Of a stretch of DNA of 32,457 bases, positions 16,405 through 25,133 are shown one piece after another. This DNA is from Candidatus Omnitrophota bacterium. Lineage in GTDB: Bacteria; Omnitrophota; Gorgyraeia; JABMQH01. The position numbers and the translations under genes were made by a program. Within the stretch, counting starts at the first letter, position 1; the number at the start of each line of letters is the position of its first letter. Under the pieces are notes generated by a model. It was not told the origin of the DNA. It made no database searches and saw only the letters and a program-made list of their open reading frames with translations. Location: positions 1-32,457 of the forward strand of contig JAPLLL010000007.1 in assembly GCA_026387595.1 (NCBI GenBank), given 5' to 3'.

Positions 16405-17124
16405 ATGGATTTTTTCAGCGTTAACCGGCAACGATGGGAAGAATTTTACCCTTCTGAAAGGCGGGCTTTTCAGATAATAGCGCTTAAAGACAGATCATTA
16501 GGTGATATCCTGGATGTGGGGTGCGCCTGCGGCGGGCTTGGCGCGGCATTAGAAGAAATTTTTACGTTTAAATCATATACCGGTATTGATATCAATGATA
16601 ACGTTATCGAATGGGCCAGGAAACACCGGAAATTATCCGTGCCAGCCAAATTTATTGCTGATGACGTATTAAATTATAATCTGGAAAAAAAATATCATCT
16701 GGTAGTTTCTTTAAGTTGTGCCGATTGGAATGTAGAGACAAAAAGAATTATTAAATACTGCTGGGCCAGGGTCAAGCCCGGAGGGCATTTTGTGATTTCG
16801 CTCAGGCTTACGACAGGCAAGAGCATCTGCGATATAGGCAAGAGTTTTCAGTACATAAATTTTTCGGGTAAAAAGCAACATCCGGAAATAGCCAATTATG
16901 TGGTGTTTAACTTTAAGGACGCCTTAGGGGTATTCCGCGCCTTATCCCCGCGACCGGAATTAATAGGCGCATACGGATATTATGGCAGGCCTTCCGTTTC
17001 AGCGGTGACGGCGTATAAAGAACTTGTATTTGCAGTATTTTATATAAAAAAACAGGCAAAAGGATTTCGTAAAACAAAGGGTATAAGGTGTGAATTTGAT
17101 TTGCCCTTGGCCATATTTAAATGA
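16405..17124 (+). CDS. Class I SAM-dependent methyltransferase
   Basis: ILDVGCACGGLGAAL is motif I, and VKPGGHFVISL is post-motif II. The start is uncertain (ATG 16405, or ATG 16357 overlapping the upstream gene). Confidence 0.7.
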   Translation: MDFFSVNRQRWEEFYPSERRAFQIIALKDRSLGDILDVGCACGGLGAALEEIFTFKSYTGIDINDNVIEWARKHRKLSVPAKFIADDVLNYNLEKKYHLVVSLSCADWNVETKRIIKYCWARVKPGGHFVISLRLTTGKSICDIGKSFQYINFSGKKQHPEIANYVVFNFKDALGVFRALSPRPELIGAYGYYGRPSVSAVTAYKELVFAVFYIKKQAKGFRKTKGIRCEFDLPLAIFK

Positions 17125-17915
17125 AGAAAATAATTAAAAAAGTAGCAGAATTTTTGATATCCATAGCGCTTAAGCCATGCGCGATTATGTGGTTTTGGTA
17201 TTTGCGCTGGTTCAGGCACAATAGGATGCTAAGTGCGCTTAATAATAAAGAAATAGGCAGCCCGTCCGTTATTTATTTGCCATTTGCCTATCTATACAAT
17301 TTGCTGCTTTTTGCCAGGCGAAGCTGGGCAACAAATTTTACAAAATACGCCCTTAAAAAATACAGCGCATTTTTAAAAAGGCACTACACAAAAGGCGGGC
17401 TGGGGTATTTTAATTACGAACAACTCTCACCGGAAGATTGTATTAAGGTATATCAAGGATTGACAGGCAGGATCTCTTATTATCTGGATCACAACCCGAC
17501 GCTTTTAGAATATAAAAATGGGGATACCTTTCTTGATGCCGGGTGCGGCAAAGGGCAGAATATTAAAGCACTAGTCAGCCGTTATCCCAACTCTTCAATT
17601 AAAGGGTTTGATGTCAGCGAAGAAGCATTAAAAATAGTTCAAACAGCTTTAAAAGATAACAATAAAATCTCGGCAGAAGTGGGCAGCGTGGTTGATTTTA
17701 AATATCTTGCCTCATACCCCGCGGGAGCTTTTGATCATCTTATTGTATCGCATGTTTTTGCTTTTTTGATTGGCCCAAGCGTTGAGGAAACAAGAAAAAT
17801 TAGGCAGATGGTTATAGATCATCTAGTAAGGGTTGCCGCCAAAACGTTATTGATAATGGACGGCGATATCTTATCGGGAAATGATACCCCGGAGGTGACC
17901 TTAAGGAATCATTAA
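17121..17915 (+). CDS. Class I SAM-dependent methyltransferase with a hydrophobic N-terminal extension
   Basis: FLDAGCGKGQNIKAL is motif I, followed by IKGFDVSEEAL. It overlaps the upstream gene by ATGA. Confidence 0.7.
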   Translation: MKKIIKKVAEFLISIALKPCAIMWFWYLRWFRHNRMLSALNNKEIGSPSVIYLPFAYLYNLLLFARRSWATNFTKYALKKYSAFLKRHYTKGGLGYFNYEQLSPEDCIKVYQGLTGRISYYLDHNPTLLEYKNGDTFLDAGCGKGQNIKALVSRYPNSSIKGFDVSEEALKIVQTALKDNNKISAEVGSVVDFKYLASYPAGAFDHLIVSHVFAFLIGPSVEETRKIRQMVIDHLVRVAAKTLLIMDGDILSGNDTPEVTLRNH

Positions 17916-18024
17916 TACCGTATTTTTCGAAGCATCTTTCGCGAGGCGAGGTGTATGCCATGTTTTCGCCAGAGAATGAGGGTATAATTTTTAAATCGAC
18001 AAACCAAAAACAAAGGGGGGTACA

Positions 18025-19152
18025 ATGAGATATTGCAGTAAATGTCTTATGCCGGATACGAGACCGGGGATTACTTTTGCTGATGGTGTTTGTGCTCCAT
18101 GTATTAATTATAGTAAACAGATGACAACTGACTGGAATAGGCGCAGGAAGGAATTAGCAGAAATTTGTGATAAATATCGCGGCTGCAATGGCAATAGTTA
18201 TGATTGCGCGATCGCAATTTCAGGAGGAAAGGACTCGCACTTTCAGGTATATGTAATGAAGGAACTGATGAAAATGAACCCTATTTTATTGGCTGTAGGC
18301 AATATCGACTGGACTGAGACAGGCAGGAGGAATCTCGAAAATATTTCCGATGTTTTTAACTGCGACGTTATCGCTCTGAATCCAAATTGGCATGTTACCA
18401 GGATTATGGCTAAGAAAGCCTTCATGAAATTGGGTTCGCCTACTTGGTATGCGGATGCGCTGATATACGCATATCCATATCGTATGGCAATGAAACTGGG
18501 ATTAAAGTTACTGGTCTACGGCGAAAATGTAAATTATATGTACGGCGGCAAATACAATAAAGAAACCCCATCTGCGATGCTGCAGCCATTAAATGATGTG
18601 GTTAAGCCCATCGATTTTAACATTTGGTGTGAGGATGGAGACCTGACGCCAAAAGACCTAGAATCCGCAAGGCAGCCCGATATTAAAGAGTGCGAGACCT
18701 TTGGCCTTGAGTCTATTTACATTAGTTATTTTATGCCATGGGACTCGTACCATAATTATGAGGTTGCCAAGCGCTGGGGATTCAAGCACCTTGGGCATGA
18801 GTATGCCCGGGAAGGCACTATTGAGCAATTCAATCAGATAGATTCAATAGGGTATCTATTAAACCAATATCTTAAGTATCCTAAATATGGCCACGCTTCA
18901 GCAACTGAAATGGCTTCGCGCTGGATACGAGTTGGTTTAAAAACACGCGACGAGATGATCCCTTATGTGAAGCAGTATGATAAAAATCTAGACCAGGGGA
19001 TTGTGGATACATTCCGCAGTTTTACCGGTATGCCGGTAAGGGAATTCTGGCAGGTCATGGACAAATGGTATAACCGGGAACTTTTTGAACAGGATAGGGA
19101 TGGTGTATGGCACGAAAAATTTGAAGTTGGAGTGGGGTTAATGAAGAAATGA
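18025..19152 (+). CDS. N-acetyl sugar amidotransferase (PP-loop ATPase family; WbpG/PseA/LfnA-like)
   Basis: MRYCSKCLMPDTRPGITF..DGVCAPCINY is an N-terminal Cys-rich motif, and AISGGKDSHFQ is a PP-loop SGGKDS. GGGGGG lies upstream of the ATG. Confidence 0.8.
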   Translation: MRYCSKCLMPDTRPGITFADGVCAPCINYSKQMTTDWNRRRKELAEICDKYRGCNGNSYDCAIAISGGKDSHFQVYVMKELMKMNPILLAVGNIDWTETGRRNLENISDVFNCDVIALNPNWHVTRIMAKKAFMKLGSPTWYADALIYAYPYRMAMKLGLKLLVYGENVNYMYGGKYNKETPSAMLQPLNDVVKPIDFNIWCEDGDLTPKDLESARQPDIKECETFGLESIYISYFMPWDSYHNYEVAKRWGFKHLGHEYAREGTIEQFNQIDSIGYLLNQYLKYPKYGHASATEMASRWIRVGLKTRDEMIPYVKQYDKNLDQGIVDTFRSFTGMPVREFWQVMDKWYNRELFEQDRDGVWHEKFEVGVGLMKK

Positions 19153-20192
19153 ACGAAATCCAGATCGGTGGCCGGAAGATCGGACAGGCATACGCTCCTT
19201 TAGTTATAGCCGAGATAGGTATTAACCACGAAGGTAATTTTGATAAAGCTATAAAAATGGTTGATGATGCTTATTCGGTAGGTTGTGAATGCGTAAAGTT
19301 CCAGTGCCATGTTGTTGATGATGAAATGATTCCAGCGGCCCGCTCTGTAATTCCGGGAAACGCCACAGAGAGTATCTGGGATATTATGGCAAGGTGCTCT
19401 TTAGCGGAAGAAGAAGAGTGCGCCCTGAAAGCTCATGTTGAATCCCGGGGGATGATATATTTAAACACACCCTTTTCGCGCGCAGCCGCTGAAAGACTTG
19501 AAAAAATGGGCGTAGTGGCTTACAAGATCGGGTCGGGGGAATGCAACAACTATCCCTTGGTCCAGCACATAGCTTCTTATCGCAAGCCGGTTGTATTGAG
19601 CACAGGCATGAATGATGTGGATACAATTTCTCCAGCTGTAGCGATCTTAAGAAAAGAAAAAATTCCTTTTGCGCTTATGCACTGCACCTCCGTTTATCCT
19701 ACTCCTTACGATAAGGTAAGACTCGGGGCCTTGTCTACGTTGGCAAAAGCTTTCCCGGAAGCGGTGATCGGTTTAAGCGATCACTCTATGGGTATTTATA
19801 CCTGCCTGGCCGCAGTAGCCTTAGGCGCCAGCATTTTAGAAAAACATTTTACTTCCGATAAAGCTTGGCCGGGACCGGATACGCCTATCTCGATCAACCC
19901 GGACGAATTAAAAGAATTGATATACGGTTCAACGGCCATTCACAAAGCACTGGGCAATGGGAAAACCATACTTACCGAAGAACAGCCAACCATTGATTTT
20001 GCCTATGCCTGTGTTGTGGCTATACGCGATATCAAGGCAGGCGAATTATTTAATGCCGATAATATCTGGGTAAAACGTCCCGGAACAGGTCCGATAAAGG
20101 CAGATCATTATTACACACTTTTCAATAAGAAGGCCAAGGTTGGTATTAAAAAAAATACACAAATAAGATGGGATTGGATTGACAAAGAATAA
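19149..20192 (+). CDS. neuB: Nonulosonic acid synthase (NeuB/LegI family) with a C-terminal SAF domain
   Basis: PLVIAEIGINHEGN, VKFQ, YKIGSGE, LSTGM, LMHCTSVYPTP, GLSDHS and LEKHFT match the family. The exact sugar specificity cannot be read from the sequence. Confidence 0.85.
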   Translation: MNEIQIGGRKIGQAYAPLVIAEIGINHEGNFDKAIKMVDDAYSVGCECVKFQCHVVDDEMIPAARSVIPGNATESIWDIMARCSLAEEEECALKAHVESRGMIYLNTPFSRAAAERLEKMGVVAYKIGSGECNNYPLVQHIASYRKPVVLSTGMNDVDTISPAVAILRKEKIPFALMHCTSVYPTPYDKVRLGALSTLAKAFPEAVIGLSDHSMGIYTCLAAVALGASILEKHFTSDKAWPGPDTPISINPDELKELIYGSTAIHKALGNGKTILTEEQPTIDFAYACVVAIRDIKAGELFNADNIWVKRPGTGPIKADHYYTLFNKKAKVGIKKNTQIRWDWIDKE

Positions 20193-20208
20193 AGGGTGAA
20201 TTGACACC

Positions 20209-21183
20209 ATGCAAGATAGGAACAGGATTGCGAAAGAAGCCCGGGCATTTGACAAGCAGACATTAGAAAGGGTTAGCCATGGTCATATTCCCGATCTGCG
20301 ACAGGCAAAATTTTGCCGATATTTTTATAATAGCCCGTGGAGGGATCCCGCATATGTAAAGCTGGATTTCGGGGAGCAGTTTGAATTAATTAATAGTGCC
20401 ATTAAGAAATATTCAGCGAGACGAAAAACAAACATTAATATTTTGGAGGTGGGTTGTGGGCCGGGTTACCTTTCCCTAGAGCTTGCAAGGACAGGTTATC
20501 ATGTAACGGGCATCGATATCTCAGCGGAATGTATTAGAATTGCAAAGAAGTTTGCCGATAGTGACCCCTGGAAGCATAAAAGAGCCAGTCTTCAGTACCT
20601 TAACGGTGATTTTTTGAGGGTTTCAGATATTTTGCAAAAAAGCACTTACGATGTTGTTATTTTTTTGGGCACGCTGCATCATTTTAAGGATCAGCGGTTT
20701 ACGTTAAAGAACCCCCGCGGTATCGTTATTGTCCATGAGCCTACAAGAGATAGGGTTACTGAAGGAAACGCTGCTTTTATGCACTTAGTGCAATTGTTGC
20801 TTTCCGTAGGAAAAGGGTATTATCGCAACTTGAGTTTTCCTTCTAGCCTATCTGAATGTAAAAAGATGGTGCGGGATGTCTTGAGGGCAAGTAGATATGA
20901 GGACGCCCATGGTAAAAAGGTCCAGTCCGTCAATGATAATGAATCCGGCCATCTGGAAATGTACACAGCCCTAAAAAGAAACTTTAAAGAACTTGTTTAC
21001 CAGGAAAGATATGCGTTTTTTCATGAGATAATAGGAGGATTACGTTTTGGTAGGCGTAAGAACGCTATCCTGGCAAGGTATCTTCGCGATATGGATCATT
21101 ATTTGTGTGAACTAGGCGTTCTTCAAGCCACAGAATACTTCTTTGTTGGTCGCAAAATAGTAACACTTAAAAATGGGAAATAA
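20209..21183 (+). CDS. Class I SAM-dependent methyltransferase
   Basis: ILEVGCGPGYLSLELARTGYHVTGIDIS covers motif I and the acidic loop. Confidence 0.7.
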   Translation: MQDRNRIAKEARAFDKQTLERVSHGHIPDLRQAKFCRYFYNSPWRDPAYVKLDFGEQFELINSAIKKYSARRKTNINILEVGCGPGYLSLELARTGYHVTGIDISAECIRIAKKFADSDPWKHKRASLQYLNGDFLRVSDILQKSTYDVVIFLGTLHHFKDQRFTLKNPRGIVIVHEPTRDRVTEGNAAFMHLVQLLLSVGKGYYRNLSFPSSLSECKKMVRDVLRASRYEDAHGKKVQSVNDNESGHLEMYTALKRNFKELVYQERYAFFHEIIGGLRFGRRKNAILARYLRDMDHYLCELGVLQATEYFFVGRKIVTLKNGK

Positions 21184-21189
21184 TAGAGG

Positions 21190-22323
21190 ATGCGCTTGAT
21201 TAAAAAAGTCCTTTTTCTTACTTCTACCCGCGCTGATTTTGGTAAATTGAAGCCTTTAATGAGAGCCCTCGAACAGGAAGAAGGCTTTGAGGTACATATT
21301 TTCGTAACAGGCATGCATATGTTTCCTAAATATGGCAGCACTTGGGATGAGGTCAGAAAATGCGGTTTTAAAAATATACAATATTACATCAATCAAAGGT
21401 CCAACGATTCTATGGATGTTATCCTTGCCAATACGGTTAATGGCATGGGAAACACTTTAAAGCTATTAAAACCCGATATGATTGTAGTTCACGGAGACCG
21501 AGTTGAGGCTCTGGCCGGAGCAATTTCGGGCGCGTTAAATAATTTTCTTGTTGCCCACATAGAAGGTGGTGAGGTTTCGGGAACTATTGACGAATCTATT
21601 CGTCATTCTGTTTCAAAATTAGCGCACGTGCATTTTGTGGCTAATGGTGAGGCCAAGAAAAGGCTGATGCGTATGGGTGAAGATACCTCCAATATTTATA
21701 TTATCGGTTCACCAGATATAGACCTGATGATTTCCGAATCTCTTCCTGCGTTAGAGGAAGCTAAAAGATACTATGATGTCCCATTCGAAAAAGAATACGC
21801 TTTATTTGTTTATCACCCCATTACAACCAATCTTCATAATTTATTTAATGATTTCCGCCAGGTTATGGATGCAATTCATGACTCCAAAAAGGATTATATC
21901 ATGGTATATCCTAACAATGATCCAGGGTGCGATATAATAATTGAAGAGTTAGAACTCCGCAGGAACAATCCTCATTTTAGGATTTTTCCTTCGTTGCGTT
22001 TCGAATATTTTTTGGTTTTTCTTAAAAACTGTGAGTTTATCATTGGCAACTCTAGCGCAGGAATAAGGGAGGCGCCTATATATTCTGTGCCATCCATTAA
22101 CATCGGCAACAGACAGAATAATCGATTTTTGTATAAGACTATAATTAATGTCCGTGAAAACAAAGCGGAAATCTTAAAAACAATCGAGCAGATTCGTGCG
22201 CTCAAAAAGGGCTCTTCATACCATTTTGGCGATGGTAAGAGCGCTGAATGCTTTATTAAAATACTAAAAAAACCTGATATCTGGAATATAACGGTTCAGA
22301 AATATTTTATAGATAACGAATAA
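21190..22323 (+). CDS. neuC: UDP-N-acetylglucosamine 2-epimerase, hydrolysing type (NeuC/LegG-like)
   Basis: KVLFLTSTRADFGKLKPL, FVTGMHM..YG, VHGDRVEALAGA, HIEGGEVSGTIDE and GNSSAGIREAP match the family. Confidence 0.85.
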   Translation: MRLIKKVLFLTSTRADFGKLKPLMRALEQEEGFEVHIFVTGMHMFPKYGSTWDEVRKCGFKNIQYYINQRSNDSMDVILANTVNGMGNTLKLLKPDMIVVHGDRVEALAGAISGALNNFLVAHIEGGEVSGTIDESIRHSVSKLAHVHFVANGEAKKRLMRMGEDTSNIYIIGSPDIDLMISESLPALEEAKRYYDVPFEKEYALFVYHPITTNLHNLFNDFRQVMDAIHDSKKDYIMVYPNNDPGCDIIIEELELRRNNPHFRIFPSLRFEYFLVFLKNCEFIIGNSSAGIREAPIYSVPSINIGNRQNNRFLYKTIINVRENKAEILKTIEQIRALKKGSSYHFGDGKSAECFIKILKKPDIWNITVQKYFIDNE

Positions 22324-22338
22324 AGGTTTATCAATTTT

Positions 22339-23052
22339 ATGCACAAAAATAAAAAAATTTTATGTTTAATTCCTGCCAGAGATGGCAGTAAAGGCATTCC
22401 AAAGAAAAATATAAAACCGTTAATGGGAAAGCCCTTAATTGCCTGGACAATTGGACAGGCAAAAAAGAGTAAATATATTGACAGGATAATTGTTTCAACA
22501 GACAGCGAAGAGATAGCTGGAATCTCCAGAAGATATGGGGCCCAAACGCCGTTTTTAAGACCCGAGGGGCTATCGAGAGATAGCAGCACAGGGATGGACG
22601 TTATTTTGCATGCGATAGGGTGGATGGAAAAGAACGATAAAACTTATGATTTGTTAATATATCTTCAGCCCACCTCTCCGCTTAGAACTTCTAAAGACAT
22701 TGATAACGCGATAGAATTGTTATTTTTAAAAAAGGCCCAGTCCATTATTTCGGTCTGTGAAGCGGAGCATCACCCTTATCTGATGAACATTTTGCCTAAG
22801 GATAAATGCATGAAAGGGTTTATTAAAAAAGGTCATGTGAACAAAAATAGACAAGAGTTAGCGCCGTTTTACAGATTGAATGGTGCAATTTTTTTAAGTC
22901 GCTGGGACTATATAAAACAACGGAAGAGTTTTTTTGGGAAGAAGGCTTTCGCCTATGTAATGCCGGCAGAAAGTTCAATAGATATAGACAAAAGGATTGA
23001 TTTTAAATTTGCCGAGTTTATGTTTATGGACAATGGGAAAAAAAGTGATTAA
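22339..23052 (+). CDS. neuA: Acylneuraminate (nonulosonate) cytidylyltransferase
   Basis: LCLIPARDGSKGIPKKNIKPLMGKPLIAWTI, LQPTSPLR and LNGAIF match CMP-NeuAc synthetase-family motifs. Confidence 0.85.
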   Translation: MHKNKKILCLIPARDGSKGIPKKNIKPLMGKPLIAWTIGQAKKSKYIDRIIVSTDSEEIAGISRRYGAQTPFLRPEGLSRDSSTGMDVILHAIGWMEKNDKTYDLLIYLQPTSPLRTSKDIDNAIELLFLKKAQSIISVCEAEHHPYLMNILPKDKCMKGFIKKGHVNKNRQELAPFYRLNGAIFLSRWDYIKQRKSFFGKKAFAYVMPAESSIDIDKRIDFKFAEFMFMDNGKKSD

Positions 23053-24205
23053 GAAAATAATATTTATTGTAGAAAGATCATTTGATTTTCGAGATTACCA
23101 ACGATATGGGATTGACCTTTTGCGGAGCAACGGATTTGACGTGGAGGTCTGGGATTTAACGCCAGCGTTGCATCCTCATATGCCGCAAACTAGTACAGAT
23201 TCAGAAATGTTTAATCACGATAAGGCGGTCATATTCAAAAATAAGGAGGACGCATTTGGCAGGATATCAAATTTGTCAAAAACCGATTTTGTTGTAAACT
23301 GTGTAGGTTATCGTTTTTATAGTCTAGGGGTTTACAGGGCGTTATTTAAATCAGGTTCACGTTACGCGTTCGAAGTTATGAATTCCATACCGGTACCTGT
23401 GGTTAAAAAAAATATGCTAAATATAACATTAAGGAGGATGCTTAGCTACCGGCGCATAACGCCATGGCAGAATTTATTTATGGAGTTACCCTTTAAATTC
23501 CTTGGCGTGAAGCCAGCGGATCTGCTTTTTGTCGGAGGAGAGAAATATCATGCCTATAGATATCCCGTATCAAAAAGTACGGAAATTCTGTGGGGCCATG
23601 CATTAGATTATGATCTTTTTTTAAGTGCAAAAGATAAGACTTGTAGTGAAAAGCCTATAGCAGTATTTCTAGATCAGTTTCTTCCGTTTCATTCCGATTA
23701 TATCAGAGAAAAGCAGCGCCCCCCCATGACTCCGTATAAGTATTATGGTATCCTTAACGATTTTTTTGACCGTTTAGAAACAAAGACAGGCCTCGAAGTA
23801 GTAATAGCGGCTCATCCAAGGTCACATTACGAGGATATGCCCGATTATTTTCATGGACGTAATTGCGTTAAAGGGAAAACGATAGAACTTGTCAGGGGGT
23901 CTCAATTAGTTATCAACCATTGCACCACTGCTGTTAATTTTGCCAATCTTTTTTATAAACCATTAATTTTTATCACGTGCAAGGCTTTGAGTAATACCTA
24001 TGAGGACATTTGGACTAGGGTGTTTGCCGAGTGGCACGGAAAGAAGCCAGTTTTTATGGAAGATAAAAATATTGATTTTAAAAAGGAGTTAAAAGTAAGC
24101 AAGGCCCATTATGCTAATTATCGAAAAGCATATATAAAAACAGAAGGCAGCGAAGATTTGCCATTTTGGCAGATTGTTTCCAATAGGTTGAAAAAAGGGA
24201 TTTAA
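23033..24205 (+). CDS. Uncharacterised protein; possible GT-B-like glycosyltransferase (candidate nonulosonate transferase)
   Basis: I recognise no named motif. The C-terminal half (IAVFLDQFLPFHSDY...VVIAAHPRSHY...GSQLVINHCTTAVNFANLFYKPLIFIT) resembles the nucleotide-sugar-binding half of capsule/sialyl/CDP-glycerol-type transferases. It lies immediately after neuA. The start could be 23033 or GTG 23045. Confidence 0.35.
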   Translation: MGKKVIKKIIFIVERSFDFRDYQRYGIDLLRSNGFDVEVWDLTPALHPHMPQTSTDSEMFNHDKAVIFKNKEDAFGRISNLSKTDFVVNCVGYRFYSLGVYRALFKSGSRYAFEVMNSIPVPVVKKNMLNITLRRMLSYRRITPWQNLFMELPFKFLGVKPADLLFVGGEKYHAYRYPVSKSTEILWGHALDYDLFLSAKDKTCSEKPIAVFLDQFLPFHSDYIREKQRPPMTPYKYYGILNDFFDRLETKTGLEVVIAAHPRSHYEDMPDYFHGRNCVKGKTIELVRGSQLVINHCTTAVNFANLFYKPLIFITCKALSNTYEDIWTRVFAEWHGKKPVFMEDKNIDFKKELKVSKAHYANYRKAYIKTEGSEDLPFWQIVSNRLKKGI

Positions 24206-24222
24206 TACTTAATGGAGGTGAC

Positions 24223-25133
24223 ATGGCAATTTTTAATAACAAGGTTATCCTTATAGCAGGAGGAACCGGTTCGTTCGGCAAAAAATTTGTAGAAACCATC
24301 CTAAACAGGTATAAACCCAAAAAGGTCATAATCTACAGCAGGGACGAGTTTAAACAGCACGAGATGCAGCATCAGTTTAAGGATCACAGGAACATCAGAT
24401 TTTTTATAGGCGATGTAAGGGACAAAGACAGGCTGAGGATGGCCTTTCAGGAGGTTGATTTTGTCGTGCACGCCGCCGCCTTAAAACAGGTCCCGGCCAT
24501 GGAATACAATCCTGCCGAGGCCGTCAAGACAAATACCTTAGGCGCCATGAACGTTATCGATGCGGCGCCACCAAATTATGCGCGGACAAATTATTTATCG
24601 CGGGCAATTCCTATTCCGGGAAGGCAAATACGAGATTCAGCGTTGTAAGGTACGGGAATGTATTGGATAGCAGGGGCAGCGTAGTGCCTTTTTTTCGCCA
24701 AAAGGCAAAAGAAGGCGTCATCCCTGTCACAGACATAAGGATGACGCGCTTTTTGATCACGTTAGGGCAAACGGTGGATTTTGTTATCAACTGTTTCAAA
24801 TTAATGCGCGGCGGAGAGCTTTTTGTGCCGAAAATTCCCAGCGTAAAGGTTGTTGATATCGCGAAGGCCATAGGAGGGCCCCGGTGCAGAATAAAAATAA
24901 TCGGTATAAGGCCCGGAGAGAAGCTCCACGAAGTCCTGGTCTCCGAGGACGATGCCAGAAACGTTTTGGAGCTTAAAGATTGTTATATGCTTAAGCCGAG
25001 CTTTCCGTGGTGGGATAAGAAAGCGCATTTTAACGGTAAAAAAGTGCCGGATGGCTTCAGGTACTCAAGCGATACAAATAAGGATTGGCTCAGGGGTGAT
25101 AGGTTAAAAAAGGTTCTAACCTCGGTTAAATGA
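24223..25133 (+). pseudogene. pseB: UDP-N-acetylglucosamine 4,6-dehydratase (inverting) PseB/FlaA1 homologue, disrupted by an internal out-of-frame deletion at about 24562-24566
   Basis: The 5' frame gives ILIAGGTGSFGKKF...HAAALKQVPAMEYNPAEAVKTNTLGAMNVIDAA. The 3' frame gives GATKLCADKLFIAGN...RFSVVRYGNVLDSRGSVVPFF...PVTDIRMTRF...GIRPGEKLHE. About 23 residues are missing, including the STDKA active-site segment, and the frame shifts. Confidence 0.85.

Noticed and set aside
17916-18024. Promoter in the 109-bp gap before the amidotransferase (TATAAT at 17983-17988)
   Set aside because: There is a good -10 hexamer, but no acceptable -35 box (ATGTTT/TGTTTT) and no extended -10 TG. Support is too weak to list as a feature.
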